This document shows, one piece after another, positions 1 through 12,000 of a DNA stretch of 64,000 nucleotides. The notes below the pieces were generated by a model that saw only the letters and a list, made by a program, of their open reading frames with translations, did not search any database and was not told where the DNA came from. This stretch comes from Candidatus Cloacimonadota bacterium (GTDB lineage Bacteria > Cloacimonadota > Cloacimonadia > G963667145): positions 544,001-608,000 of the forward strand of contig OY762940.1 of NCBI GenBank assembly GCA_963667255.1, in the 5' to 3' direction. Every line of letters begins with the position of its first letter. The stretch's first letter is position 1. The position numbers and the translations under genes were made by a program.

Positions 1-5
1 AATTT

Positions 6-3000
6 GTGAACCAAGTTTCAACGGGATTTGAGCGAGATTATTATAGCTTCACTACTTTGCGTAAACCAGCTACACCTACATGGAGCAGTAGTGATTTGAG
101 TCTTACTCAGATTAAATTGAGAGTATTCAAAGGGAATAATGATGCTACTTTGATTGATTCTGTTGTTTTGTATAGATTGGATAGCAAAGGCAACAAAGAT
201 ACTATGGTTTATGCCTTCTCCACCACTATGGAGCCAAACTCTCTGATTGATACTTTGAAATTGACACAAGCGTTATTCTATAGCTACAAAGCTGCATTTT
301 ATAATAACAAAACCGGAATTTCCAGAATTTGTGACAGTATAGATTCGGTATATGTCAAGTTGCAAGCTCCAGTATTTGATAGTATCTCCAAAGGGACTAA
401 TCGAGATACGATTTATATCAGATGGAAGACCGTAAGTGCCGCTTCAAAGGGTTATAGATTGTATCGCAACGAAAATTACCCCGAGGGCTCTTTCAGCTTG
501 CTGAAGTCGTTTGGAATTAAAACTGATACATTCTACAAAGATAGTAGTGTTTACGAGCAATGTAAAAATATCTACTATCGCCTTTTGGCTGTAGGTGAGG
601 ATACTACTTCCTTGCTATCCGATTGCACTCCTGACTATGGTAGCAGAGCTTTCAGAGGTGTGAAGAACTTAGTTAGCAAAAATGTCCCGCAACTAAGCAA
701 AGTTCAGTTGGAATTTTCTGTTCCTTCCACTATTTCCTTGAGCAATCCGGAACCTGCTGAGAAATTTGATAAAGGTGTGCAGTTGATGAGATACGACACC
801 ATAAGCGATACTGCCAAAACTAATAGTATCTATTCTCCGAGAGTCACAGTGATTAACAACGGAAGTGGCTCTTACAGTTTGGAAGACGATTCTTTGCTTA
901 TTGGGCAGTTGTATTTCTATAGAGTTTTGGTAAAATCCACCGTTTCAGCTTCGGTTAGTGAGTTGTCTAATATCGCTGAGGGGTATATTTTGCCGCCGCC
1001 TATTACAGGTGTCTCGGCTACTATCGGGGCAAAAATAGATACGATTGTCTTGAGTTGGACAAGGATTAGCCCTGCGACTTTGCGAAGAGACACTGTTGAT
1101 GCTCAAATAATTTATCGCTCAAACGATGGATTTGTCAGCAATAAGGACTCTTTGACCATTGGTGGCAAGGACTCTATTTTTGCTGATTGTGGCACTAAAA
1201 TGGGCAATCTGCTTAAACCTGGTCACGATTACAGTTATAAGATAAAAGCGGTAGTGAAGATAAACGAACCTGATACCGGAGGCAGAATATTTGAGACGAC
1301 TCTGTATTCCGCATACTCTAATGTTGCCAGTGGTTGGGCACAAATGGGTGCTTTGGCAAATAATCAAGTGACTGTGGTCAAGACAGATACCTCCAAAATA
1401 AACAGAAGATATCCTCCTGCTACGATTGCTGACTCTGTCGTTCAAATTAATTTTACCAATTTGCCGACATACGCTACTTATTTGAATATTTACAGAAAAA
1501 CTATGGGAACCACACAGTTTATTTTTGCAGATACCGTGAAGTTCTCAGGCACGAGTGTTACCTATTGTGACACGGTAACCGGTAGTCGTAACCGTGGAGA
1601 TGTGCTACTCTATAGGATAAAACTTGGTGCAAATCATGAAGCCGAAAAATATTTTGACACAGCTTCTTATACGAATTTGCAACAGGCAGTTTCCATAACG
1701 ACTTTGAGCTATGACACTAGCATGGTTAAACTTATGGTGACTCTTGCTTATAATAGTTATGCTAACACCGATTCTCTCTTGATGAGTAGATACAGTATGT
1801 CAGATGTTCTCCAAGACAGCTTCTTGACTGCTGTTGGTGGCAGAATGGTAACTGTAGTTGATACTGGAGGCACTCCTGGAACGCTTTACAAATACAAAGC
1901 TGCATTGTTCAACTCTGCCACAGGTTACTCCCCCTACAGCTCTGTTGTAGATACTATCGGCAAAGTAATCTTGCCTCCACGATTTGACACCATCACCAAA
2001 GGGGTTTACGAAGACTCTATTAGCATTGTTTGGCATAAGAACAAATATGCATCCAAGGGCTATATATTGTACAGAGATACTTCTGGATTGACTGGTTCTG
2101 TGGATGCTCTTTACGATTCTATTTATACTATCACCAGTATAAGCGACACCGTATATGCTGACAAGAAAACTTATCCTGCCAGTAAGCACATCTATTACAA
2201 AGTCGTGAGTGTGGGGACAGACACTAAATCCAGTAAATCTGCCAAAGATTATGGTTATCTTAAATATAAGGGTATCAAAGATTTGGTTGTAAAGGGTTGG
2301 TCTAATAGTCTGTTTACGGATAGCTTGCAAATTAACTGGACAATGCCTACAGCACTCCCTATAGATTCTATCTTCGTTTCTCGTCTTACCGATGTTGATT
2401 CCAGTGCGAATTTGGATACTTTGACCGCACATCGCTTGGCGAATAGTTTGATTGCTCCCAGAATATCAATTGTTACCAATGGTGATTATACAAATTACAA
2501 GTATTTGAATTCTAGTGCATCAAGCGAACTATTATTGGGGCAATTGTATTTCTATAGAATCAGGATAAAAATAACAGGTATTACCGAGGCATCTACGCCG
2601 TCCAATTTGGGAATCGGCTATCTGAATCTTCCGAAAGTTAGCAATGTATATGCAACTACAGGAGAAGGTGACAGCATAGTTATTTCTTGGACTAAATTGC
2701 CGAGAGTGAAAACCGATAAAGTAGACAGTTATCGTGTATATAGGTCTGATGGTCAGAAGATTTCTGTTTCCGGAGATATTGGGGAAGTTACGGATTACAG
2801 TTTTGGCACTTCTCTATACGGCACTCTATTGAGCAAAGGTGCAAGTTACAAATACGCTGTAGTCGCAGAGATGAAAATCGATCAGGATACTTTGCCAGGG
2901 ACATCTCCAGGGAAGTTCGTTAAGGTTTTATTGAGCCCGATTTCCGATTCTGCTCTTGGTTACACTTTCCCCGATAGTGCTCATATAGATACCGTAAGCA

Positions 3001-6000
3001 AGGGGACGGTTCAAGATTTTATTGCTATCGGTTACAGAACACCGAAGAATGCCGATACTGTGGCACTGTATAGAAAATTAACTTCCGATGTGGGTTGGCC
3101 ATCTACCGCTCTTTCAGGTTTGCCGGGCAATGTCAGCACAACAGCTTATTATAATGACAGTGCGATAGTGACAGGTGCTATGTATCAATATAAAATATTG
3201 GTCAGAAAAGGAGCTGTGGATAAATACACGAGAATTGACAGTGGATACAGTTTCTTGAGTGCTCCTGATAGTATCTTGATAGCCAATAATGGCGAAAACA
3301 GCAAGTTGATAATGCTCAAGATTTTCTCTCCGAATGTTCAGAGTTACCAAGATTCCATTCTAATTCATAGGGCTTCTCTCTCTCTTAGCGATACTGATTC
3401 CGTGTCTTATAGAGTGCCCTCTCCATTGATTGGCAATATGTATATTGTGAACGATACTCACAATATTCATCAGGGAGTTTTCTATAAATATAAGGTTCGT
3501 TTTAAGAACGAATTGGGGTCAAGTCCATATACCGCTGCTAAAAATACAAAAGCTTATGCTAAATTGGATGTACCGAGTTTGAAGAGTGTAAGTGTTAGGG
3601 AATATCCTGATACTATCAAATTAGTATGGAGCAAGGTTAGCCATGCCAGTAGAGGATATGTGATTTGGGCAGATTCTACACTGAATACTGACGGGACGAT
3701 TGCTTCCGCATATAAGATAATTGACTCTACTACTTCGGTAAATGACACTATCTACAAGGATACTACCAACTATTTACCTGAGCAAACAATATATTACAAG
3801 GTCCAATCTTTTGGTCCGGACACTACTTCCGCTTTGTCTTCTGCCGAGCGCGGTTCGCTTAAATATAAGGGATTGGACAGTTTAAATATTGACATAAATA
3901 ATCCGAAAGTTGATACCATTTACTTCAGTTGGGCACTCCCTACTACTATCGTCAATCCGCAGTTTACTTTCTATAAATACGATTCCGTTACAAAAATAGA
4001 CAGCCTAACTGATGTCTACAAGATGAGTAATATTTCTGCGTATAAAGTTGCAGGTGTTGATACTTTGTATTACGCTATGGAGACTCCTGCCAGCGATGTT
4101 TTGACAATTGGCAATCTCTATTTCTATCGTTGTGTTGTTTCCATAGGTGGTCTTGCCTCTAATGCCAGTAAAGCCAAATACGGGTTCTTGGCGATGCCAG
4201 AAGTGAAAGGATTTTCCGCTTCTGCCGGAGGTGCTCGCACTCCTGAGTTCGTCATTTACCAAGACAGTATTGTTATCTCTTGGAAAAAGGTTAGCTACTT
4301 CAAGAGTGGTGAATCTCCCGAATATATTTTGAACAAGTATGATACAAGTGGAGCAAAGATAGGCTCTATCACGATCAGGGATACAATGTATGTAGATAGT
4401 GTTGGAGGGAGGGGTTTTGGCACGGCTATCGAGAGAGGTCAAAGTTACAAATACAGTGTAAAAGCTAAATTTACGATTAGTGAAGCCATAATAGGTGGAA
4501 CAGCTACGCATACGATTCTCTCCAAAGATTCCACGATAGTAACTGGATATACATTCCCAGACAGTGCTCATATTATTTCTGTTAGCAAGGGGACAATCAC
4601 CGATACTATCAAAGTGGAATTTACTACGCCAAAATACGCCGATTCCATAGTTCTCTATCGCACTAATTCTGGAAATATAACCAAGCGTTTGGATACTCTA
4701 AGGATTAACGCTATTTCAACGACAAATTATATCGATTCTTCTTCTGATTTGATAGCGAGCTCGAACTATGTTTATCAAATAAGAGTTTATAAAAACGGAT
4801 TGATTAATTTAAGTAATTTGGATACGGGATACATTAAATTGGCTGCACCAGATAGTGTATGGTGTGAAAGAAGTGACCAATATGCCAGCGGTTATAAGGA
4901 TACAAGTGAGATTGTAATTAAGTGGAATTATGAGAAAAATGCACATGGTTATTGGGTATATTTGGCAAAGAGTAGTTTAAAAACCAATTTTGCACCTATA
5001 GATAGCACTCAGCTTCCCAGTGTATACGATACTATGCTGAAGTACCAACCAAAAGATTTTCTGAACAGGGCTGACAGCATTAATGATTATTACTTTGTAG
5101 TGAAATCTTATGTAAGGAATCAGGACGGCAATATCCGTTATTCTGACATTTCTATGGAAGATTCCGGTGCTGTGGTTAGTCAGTCTGTTGTGGGGATTTC
5201 TGCCAAATACGATTCCGGCAAGGACTCTATTGTGGTGAAGTGGACAGGTCTTAGAGCGAACTACAATAGAAGCGAAGTTGATTCTTTCGTTGTTTATCAA
5301 GCTGCCAATACCAAGCAAAGCACTGGATTTACAAGAGTTGCATCTACTAAAGATACCATTATCTCTATTGACAGTAATCGGACATCTGCCGGTAATTTCT
5401 ATTATTATAAAGTTAAAGTATATTACAACAACGATAAACGGGTTTCTGTTTACTCACCAGTCACATCTGAAAATGATGTTTACTTGCCTCTTGGGAAAGC
5501 CAATCTTAGAGTTAGCCGAAACAAGAAGCAATTGACTGTAATTTTTGATACTATTGCAAATGTAACTGCTTACAAACTCTATAGATATATAGATACTTTG
5601 CCATCCACTTATTCTCCGGTTAAAACTTGGACGAATACTAGTGCTACCAGTGCCGCCTCAGGAGATTCTGTTACTTGGATAGACGCTTCTGTCCTTCAAG
5701 GGAAAATCTACTACTATGGTATGGTAGTGGGAAAAACTGTGGTTGTAGATGGAGAAACTTTGACCTGTAGTAGCAATTTTGGTTTCTCTGTAGCCCAAAG
5801 AAAATGTGGATATATCAGAAGTTACTTCTCTTTGGTTGATTTTGATTTTGTCTCCGGTGGGCTCAAGTTATTCTGGTCTCGCGGGATTAATTTTGCAGAT
5901 GGGGTTATTCCTGAATATTATGATTTGACCAGAGGAGTCAGTCCGGCGATAGGCTCTTTTGTCAATATTAGTGATAAGGTGACCAAAAAGGTCTCCACAA

Positions 6001-9000
6001 GTGATGCAAAGGATACAATTTTTACTATCAAAGATAGTGGGACAGGTTTATTTACGACAGCCAAAGAGATTGGGAAAAGATATCGCTATTTATTGAGAGC
6101 TAGGATAACAAGTAAGCTACAAGACACAATGTATGTTGTTTCTGATAGCATGGATATGCTGTATGATTATCACTGGGCAAACGATTCTGCAACTACTAAT
6201 AGTAAATACTCTGCAAGTAAGGGAAATTACCGAGATAGGATTCTCTTTAGATTTACACAATTCAAACCGTGTAGAGATACTGCCGACTACGATACTCTCG
6301 GCATTACGCCTGATACATTGAGTTATTATGTAGTAGCAAGGTATAAGGAAAATGCTTTGGGATGCTATATTATGGAAGACAAAGATACAGTTCATGTTAG
6401 CGATATGGCAGTTATCTCTTCATACGGTGGTCTTGATGAATATTATATTGATGACAATGGCGAAGATTCTATCTTCACCACTGCACTTGCAGATGCCGTC
6501 CAATATACATATTCTGTGCAAGGTTTTATTGATTATGGTGGAGGCACTGTATTTAGTTCCAAAGTTATCAAGGACAGCTCTATTTGTAATGGACATCTTA
6601 AAATGCCCAGTTTGACACTGACAGATATCGGTTACATTTTGGTTGATTCAGTGCGGTATGGTATTAAGATTAAGTGGGACAAGCCCAGCACAGCCAGTTG
6701 TTCATACATTGTAGGTAGAGATACCGTCCCTACATTTGCAGAGCAAAGTGATAATTATGTTCCTGCTGCTATGGATACTATTTTGGCTAGTGGGAATTTG
6801 ATATTGAACGATACGATGTTCTTGGATTCCAACACTACCGCTAGTCCTCTTGGGAAGACCAGTTTGGGATATACATACTATTATAGAGTTAAAAGGGGTG
6901 TTGAAAGTAGTTCCAAAGATACGATTTATACCAGCTGGAGCAATGTTGTTTACAAAACATATGGAATGGTAAACAATGTTTATAATATCACGACAGCCAG
7001 TGAGTTTAACGATGTGGCGACTCAAATAAATAGTGGTAAACTTAACAAGAGCATTAGTGTGGAATTAGCAAAGGACATAACTTTTGCGGGCGTTGATACA
7101 CTTGTGCCAATGGGGAACTCCGCACATCCGTTTATGGGAGAGTTTAACGGGAAAGGTCATACCGTCCATGTTTCCGTGATGAATTTGAGTGATACCAGAT
7201 TAGGACTCTTTGGTGGTGTTAGCTCGGCTACGATAACAAATTTGAAAATTGTGTATGATTCGGCTGTAACAACGACTTCAAAATATTTTGGTGGTTTGGT
7301 CGCTGAGCTTGTTGGTGCGGCAACAATTAAAGGCGTTGATGTCACATTTAAAGACACTATTACGGGTGCTGATTATGTAGGTGGATTGATTGGCGGTGGA
7401 AGTGGAGCAGCAACTCTGAGAAACGACTCTGTATATTTAAGTGGGAATATAACCGGAGGGTTATATGTCGGAGGATTTGCCGGAGAGTTAGTCGGATATA
7501 GCACAGTGGATAGCTGTCAAGTCTCTGCCAGTAGTAGCTCTATTGTCTCTACTAACGCTGTAGGTGGTGGATTTGTAGGATACTTCCGCGGAACTATGAC
7601 CAATAGTCAGATGGATTTGGCGGGGCAAGTTAAAGTCAGAACAGGAGCATCAGGCACTCAAGTAAGGTTGGGAGGCTTGGTAGGAGAAGATTTAGGGAAG
7701 TCATCTTACAAGAATGTTACCATAAAGAATCGTCCGACTGTAGATGCAGGTGTTTCCACAGTGAGTCAGGCTATTGTAGGTGGTTTGGTAGGATATAGTA
7801 GGGCGGAGTCTATTAGTGATATTTCTATGGGTAGTGTCAAGAGTGTCCGTGGTATAGCCAGTGGAGCTGTATATGCCGGAGGTGTAGTAGGTATGTTTGA
7901 CTATGCTAGTGGATATATGGAGAAATTCAATCTTCAAGGTTGTGATAGCATAGTTGGGCGGTCTACAAGCGGTGATGTTTGTGTAGGGCTGATTGCAGGA
8001 AGAACAGAAGAGATATCTTCTACCGTGAGTATAGGCTCTGCAAGCGACACGATTAGAGTTTCTCTTGCTTCGGGTAAATATTTATCTGCCAGTTCTACAA
8101 GTGGTAAACTTTATTTGGGTGGTGCTGTAGGTTATAGCGAAGATTTGGTTCTTAAAAATACTAAGATAGATTCTATCCAGTTTAATGCTAATGGCTTATA
8201 CGGATGTGTTGGTGGAGCTGTGGGGTATGAGAGCACAAATGGAAGTAAATATACCAGCGTGATTGTGGGTAGCAATGTTGCTCTTAATAGTGGATTATCT
8301 TCTGTTAAGGAGCTATATGCAGGAGGATTGGTAGGTGTCGCTAATTCATCCACAACAAGTGGAACTAAAGTTGCTGCTAAGTTTGACTTTACCAATTCCG
8401 CTTTTGCCAGCAACAAAGTGTATTTGGGTGGTGTTTATGGGCATGCATCTTCTTCTGACATTGATTTGACAGGGATAGAAAAATTAAGTTTGGATTCGTT
8501 TGCGTTCAAAGTTGGAAATAATTCTGTTGTCGGAGGCTATGCAGGTATCTTGGATGTAAAAACTTTCACTCTCGACACAACTACAATTTCTAAGATTAAG
8601 TTCTCTTCAACTTCTGTAAATACAGCAGGGGACTCTTCTTCCGTTGGTGGTATTGCCGGAAGTTGTGTTGCCTCAGGAGTATTGAATATCAATTATGGTG
8701 GTTCTGTCAATTTGTTTGTTGCCGGTGGGAAATTGTCCAATGTTGGAGGCTTGTTTGGTAAAATGTCTGTTCCCGTGGGAGCAACTCTGATAGATACATC
8801 TGCTGGAGGAATAACTCTTAGTGCGGGGACTTCCGGAGCAGGTGTCGGTTCATGGTATGGTGGATTGGTAGGGCATACCTATGGTGGCACATTGAAAGGT
8901 CTCAGAGTCAGAGCTACCATAGACAGTGCCAAGATTGTTGGTGGTTTGGTTGGTAAACTGAGTGGTTCTGCTATTTTGAAGACCTCTTATGCAGATAGTT

Positions 9001-12000
9001 TGGTTACTATCAATGGAGGGACTTTTGTAGGTGGTCTTGTCGGAGAGGTGGTAGAGAACGATAATGCTACCGGAATTAGCGAATGCTATGTTTATGGCAT
9101 CAAAACTTCCGGCGATTTGGGCGAAGTTGGGCTTTTGGTCGGTAAATTGACCAAGGGATACATTTCTTCTTCATACGCTATTTTAAATAAAATCGATAGA
9201 ACCGGAACAGGCAATAATGCTTTATTTGTAGGGAAGATGGCAGACGGTAAGGTTTTGAACAGTTATGCTATTCACAACGGAGTGAAAGTCTCTGGGGCTT
9301 CTGCTTATTCCGATATTACCAAGAGATTTGGGACTTATACTGCCGGAGATACCAGTGGTGCGATAACAGCCGAGAACAGAATATTAATGTCTCAGGAGAT
9401 TACGGGTAGTGTAAATTACGAACTTCGCAACCTTTATTCATATCCTGTTTTGGTGAACAATGTCCGAGAGATAGACACTTCAGTCCTGAGTAATAGTCTT
9501 AGGATGACAAGAGATAATAACGGGAAATATGTAGTGACCAAGCCAATCCAGTTGGATGCAATCGGAGATGTCCGGTTGGTTGGGCAAGATTACAACAAAG
9601 TCAATTCAACTTATTTCCCTGCAGGGTTGCGGTTGGTAGATAGTTTCATTTTGGGCAACAACCTTGATTTCACCGGATACATAGGTTATTCTCCTATCGG
9701 TTATGCAAATTATAACAAAGCATTTACGGGAAGTCTTTTCGGTGACGGGAAAACCATTAAAGGATTGGATGTCTCTTACAGTAACCTTGGAGTAATCAGC
9801 ACAGTTTCTTATAGAGGTCTAGTTGGACATTTTGCCGGTGGAGTCATCGAAAAATTGCGTATTAGCAAAGCTGTATCGGTTGCTACTGGAGGAGACTATT
9901 GTGCTGTAGTTTGCGGCAAATTGGAAAGCGGAGTAATAGACCAAGTGCAGGTTGATTCTGCTAACATCAACATAGGTAGTGGTAAGAATATTTCCCTTGT
10001 CTGCGGAGAGATAACCGGAGGCACTATCCAAAATGTCAATACGATTCGTAACCATATCTTAGGATTGCGTGCAGTTGGTTCACTCATCGGCAAGATGTCT
10101 GGTGGCACTATATCCAAGTCTATCTCTACAGCCGATAGCGTTGTTTCTGAAGTGGGCAATGTAGGAGGCATAGTAGCTGAGCAAACAGGTGGTAAAGTTA
10201 CTAAAATTTATTCTGCTGCTCGAATTTTGGGCGGGACGAATATTTACAAAGTTTCTAGTCTTGGTGGTGGTAGTGTTGATTCTGCATACTCTTTGGGAGA
10301 GACTAATCTGATAAAAGACAATGACACATCTTGGGCTATAGGTCTTGGCATTACTACATACAATGGTAAGAACCTTTTCTTGAATGTTACCAAAGCATCA
10401 GATTTGATTACCAATCTCAATTTGGGTAGTTCTGAATGGACTACAGCAACTGCTGTTAGGACTGTTCCAGCTTTGAGTATTTTCAATAGTAGCGTAACTA
10501 CTATAAATGAAGGCGAGATTTTGTCAGCTTTGGGAGTTCCAGAAAAAACTATGGAAATTCCTACACCTACAGCTTTGTCTTTCGTTTCTTCTTATTCTAC
10601 TCTGAGTTCGGTAGACTCCTTTGTTGTCACCAAAAATTTGGTTTTCACCAGCTCTGATGACTTCTATGAGGGCGAAGGGAACCTTGAACCTATTGCTTCG
10701 CTGAATGGCAAAGTATTCAGTGGAAAAGGTCATACTATCAAGAATCTCAAAATTGTAACCAATGGGACTAAGAGTGGTTTGATTTCGGAGCTAACTGGTG
10801 GTGCCATCATTGAGAATCTTGGTTTGATAAATTGCGAAGTGACAGCCAATAGTGCGGGTGCGACAGTGGGAATGTTGGTGGGTAATGTCTCAACTGGTAT
10901 AGTGCGAGATATCTATATGGCAGATTGTCGTGTAATAGCTACAGGTGCGGGAAGTTCTGTCGGTGGGGTTATTGGTAAGAGCAATGTCTCTGGCGATGAC
11001 TGTGACAGGATAATCGCATTGAATACCTCTCTGAGAGGCAATACTACCAGCTCTTATGTGGGTGGAATAGTTGGCTCTGCTACGGGTAAATTTAATTATA
11101 TGTTTGCTTTCAACGATACTCTGATAGGTAAAACTATGGGGAGAATCTCCGGTAGTGGCGGAACAATAGCAGATGCTTATGCTTGGGCTCTGGATACTGT
11201 TGGTAGAGGTAGCACCATAGGTTTGGCTACAATACATGGCAAAACTACTGATTTCCCTTCAATTTTGAATAAAGATATTTATAACAATTTTGTTTCACAA
11301 CCTGCTTGGACTTGGACGGAGGATAAAGATAATTGGCAATGTGCACCACTTTTAGCATATATGGACTCTACAGATGCTAGCCCCGAAGTTCTTCGATTCT
11401 TTGGGGGATATGGCAGCAAAGATATGCCATTCCAAATCAAAACTTTGCCACAATTGAACTTGGTTAGAGCTTTTGCACAAAGTGGTAAATATTTCAAGAT
11501 GAGAGGCAATATCAATTGTGATAACATAAACTTTGATGGTGATGACTCTAACGGTAACTGGAAGCCAATTGGCGGTAAGGATGGATATTTCTTGGGGCAT
11601 TTTAACGGTAACGGATATAGTGTTTATAACATGAAGATTAAAAATGTTTCTCCGGCAGGTTTGTTTGCAAGTTTAGGGACAACCGGTAAAACAGATGTAG
11701 ATGTAAAATATCTCAGTATCTATGATGCCGAGATTACGCATACTGGGACTCTTGTAGCGGGTAATCTCAGTGCGTATAACTACGGAATCGTAAACAATGT
11801 CTTGGGTAAAGATGGTAAAATCTCATCTTCTGATGGAACTTATATTGGCGGTATTTTAGGACAAAATATAGGGAAAATCTCCAGTTGTGCATCAGCAGCC
11901 AACAAACTAACCGGTAAAACCGTTGGTGGAGTGGTAGGACATAATAAAGGGAATCTTTTGCTTTGTGGCTCTGTAAACGATTCGATTACTGCCAGCACTG

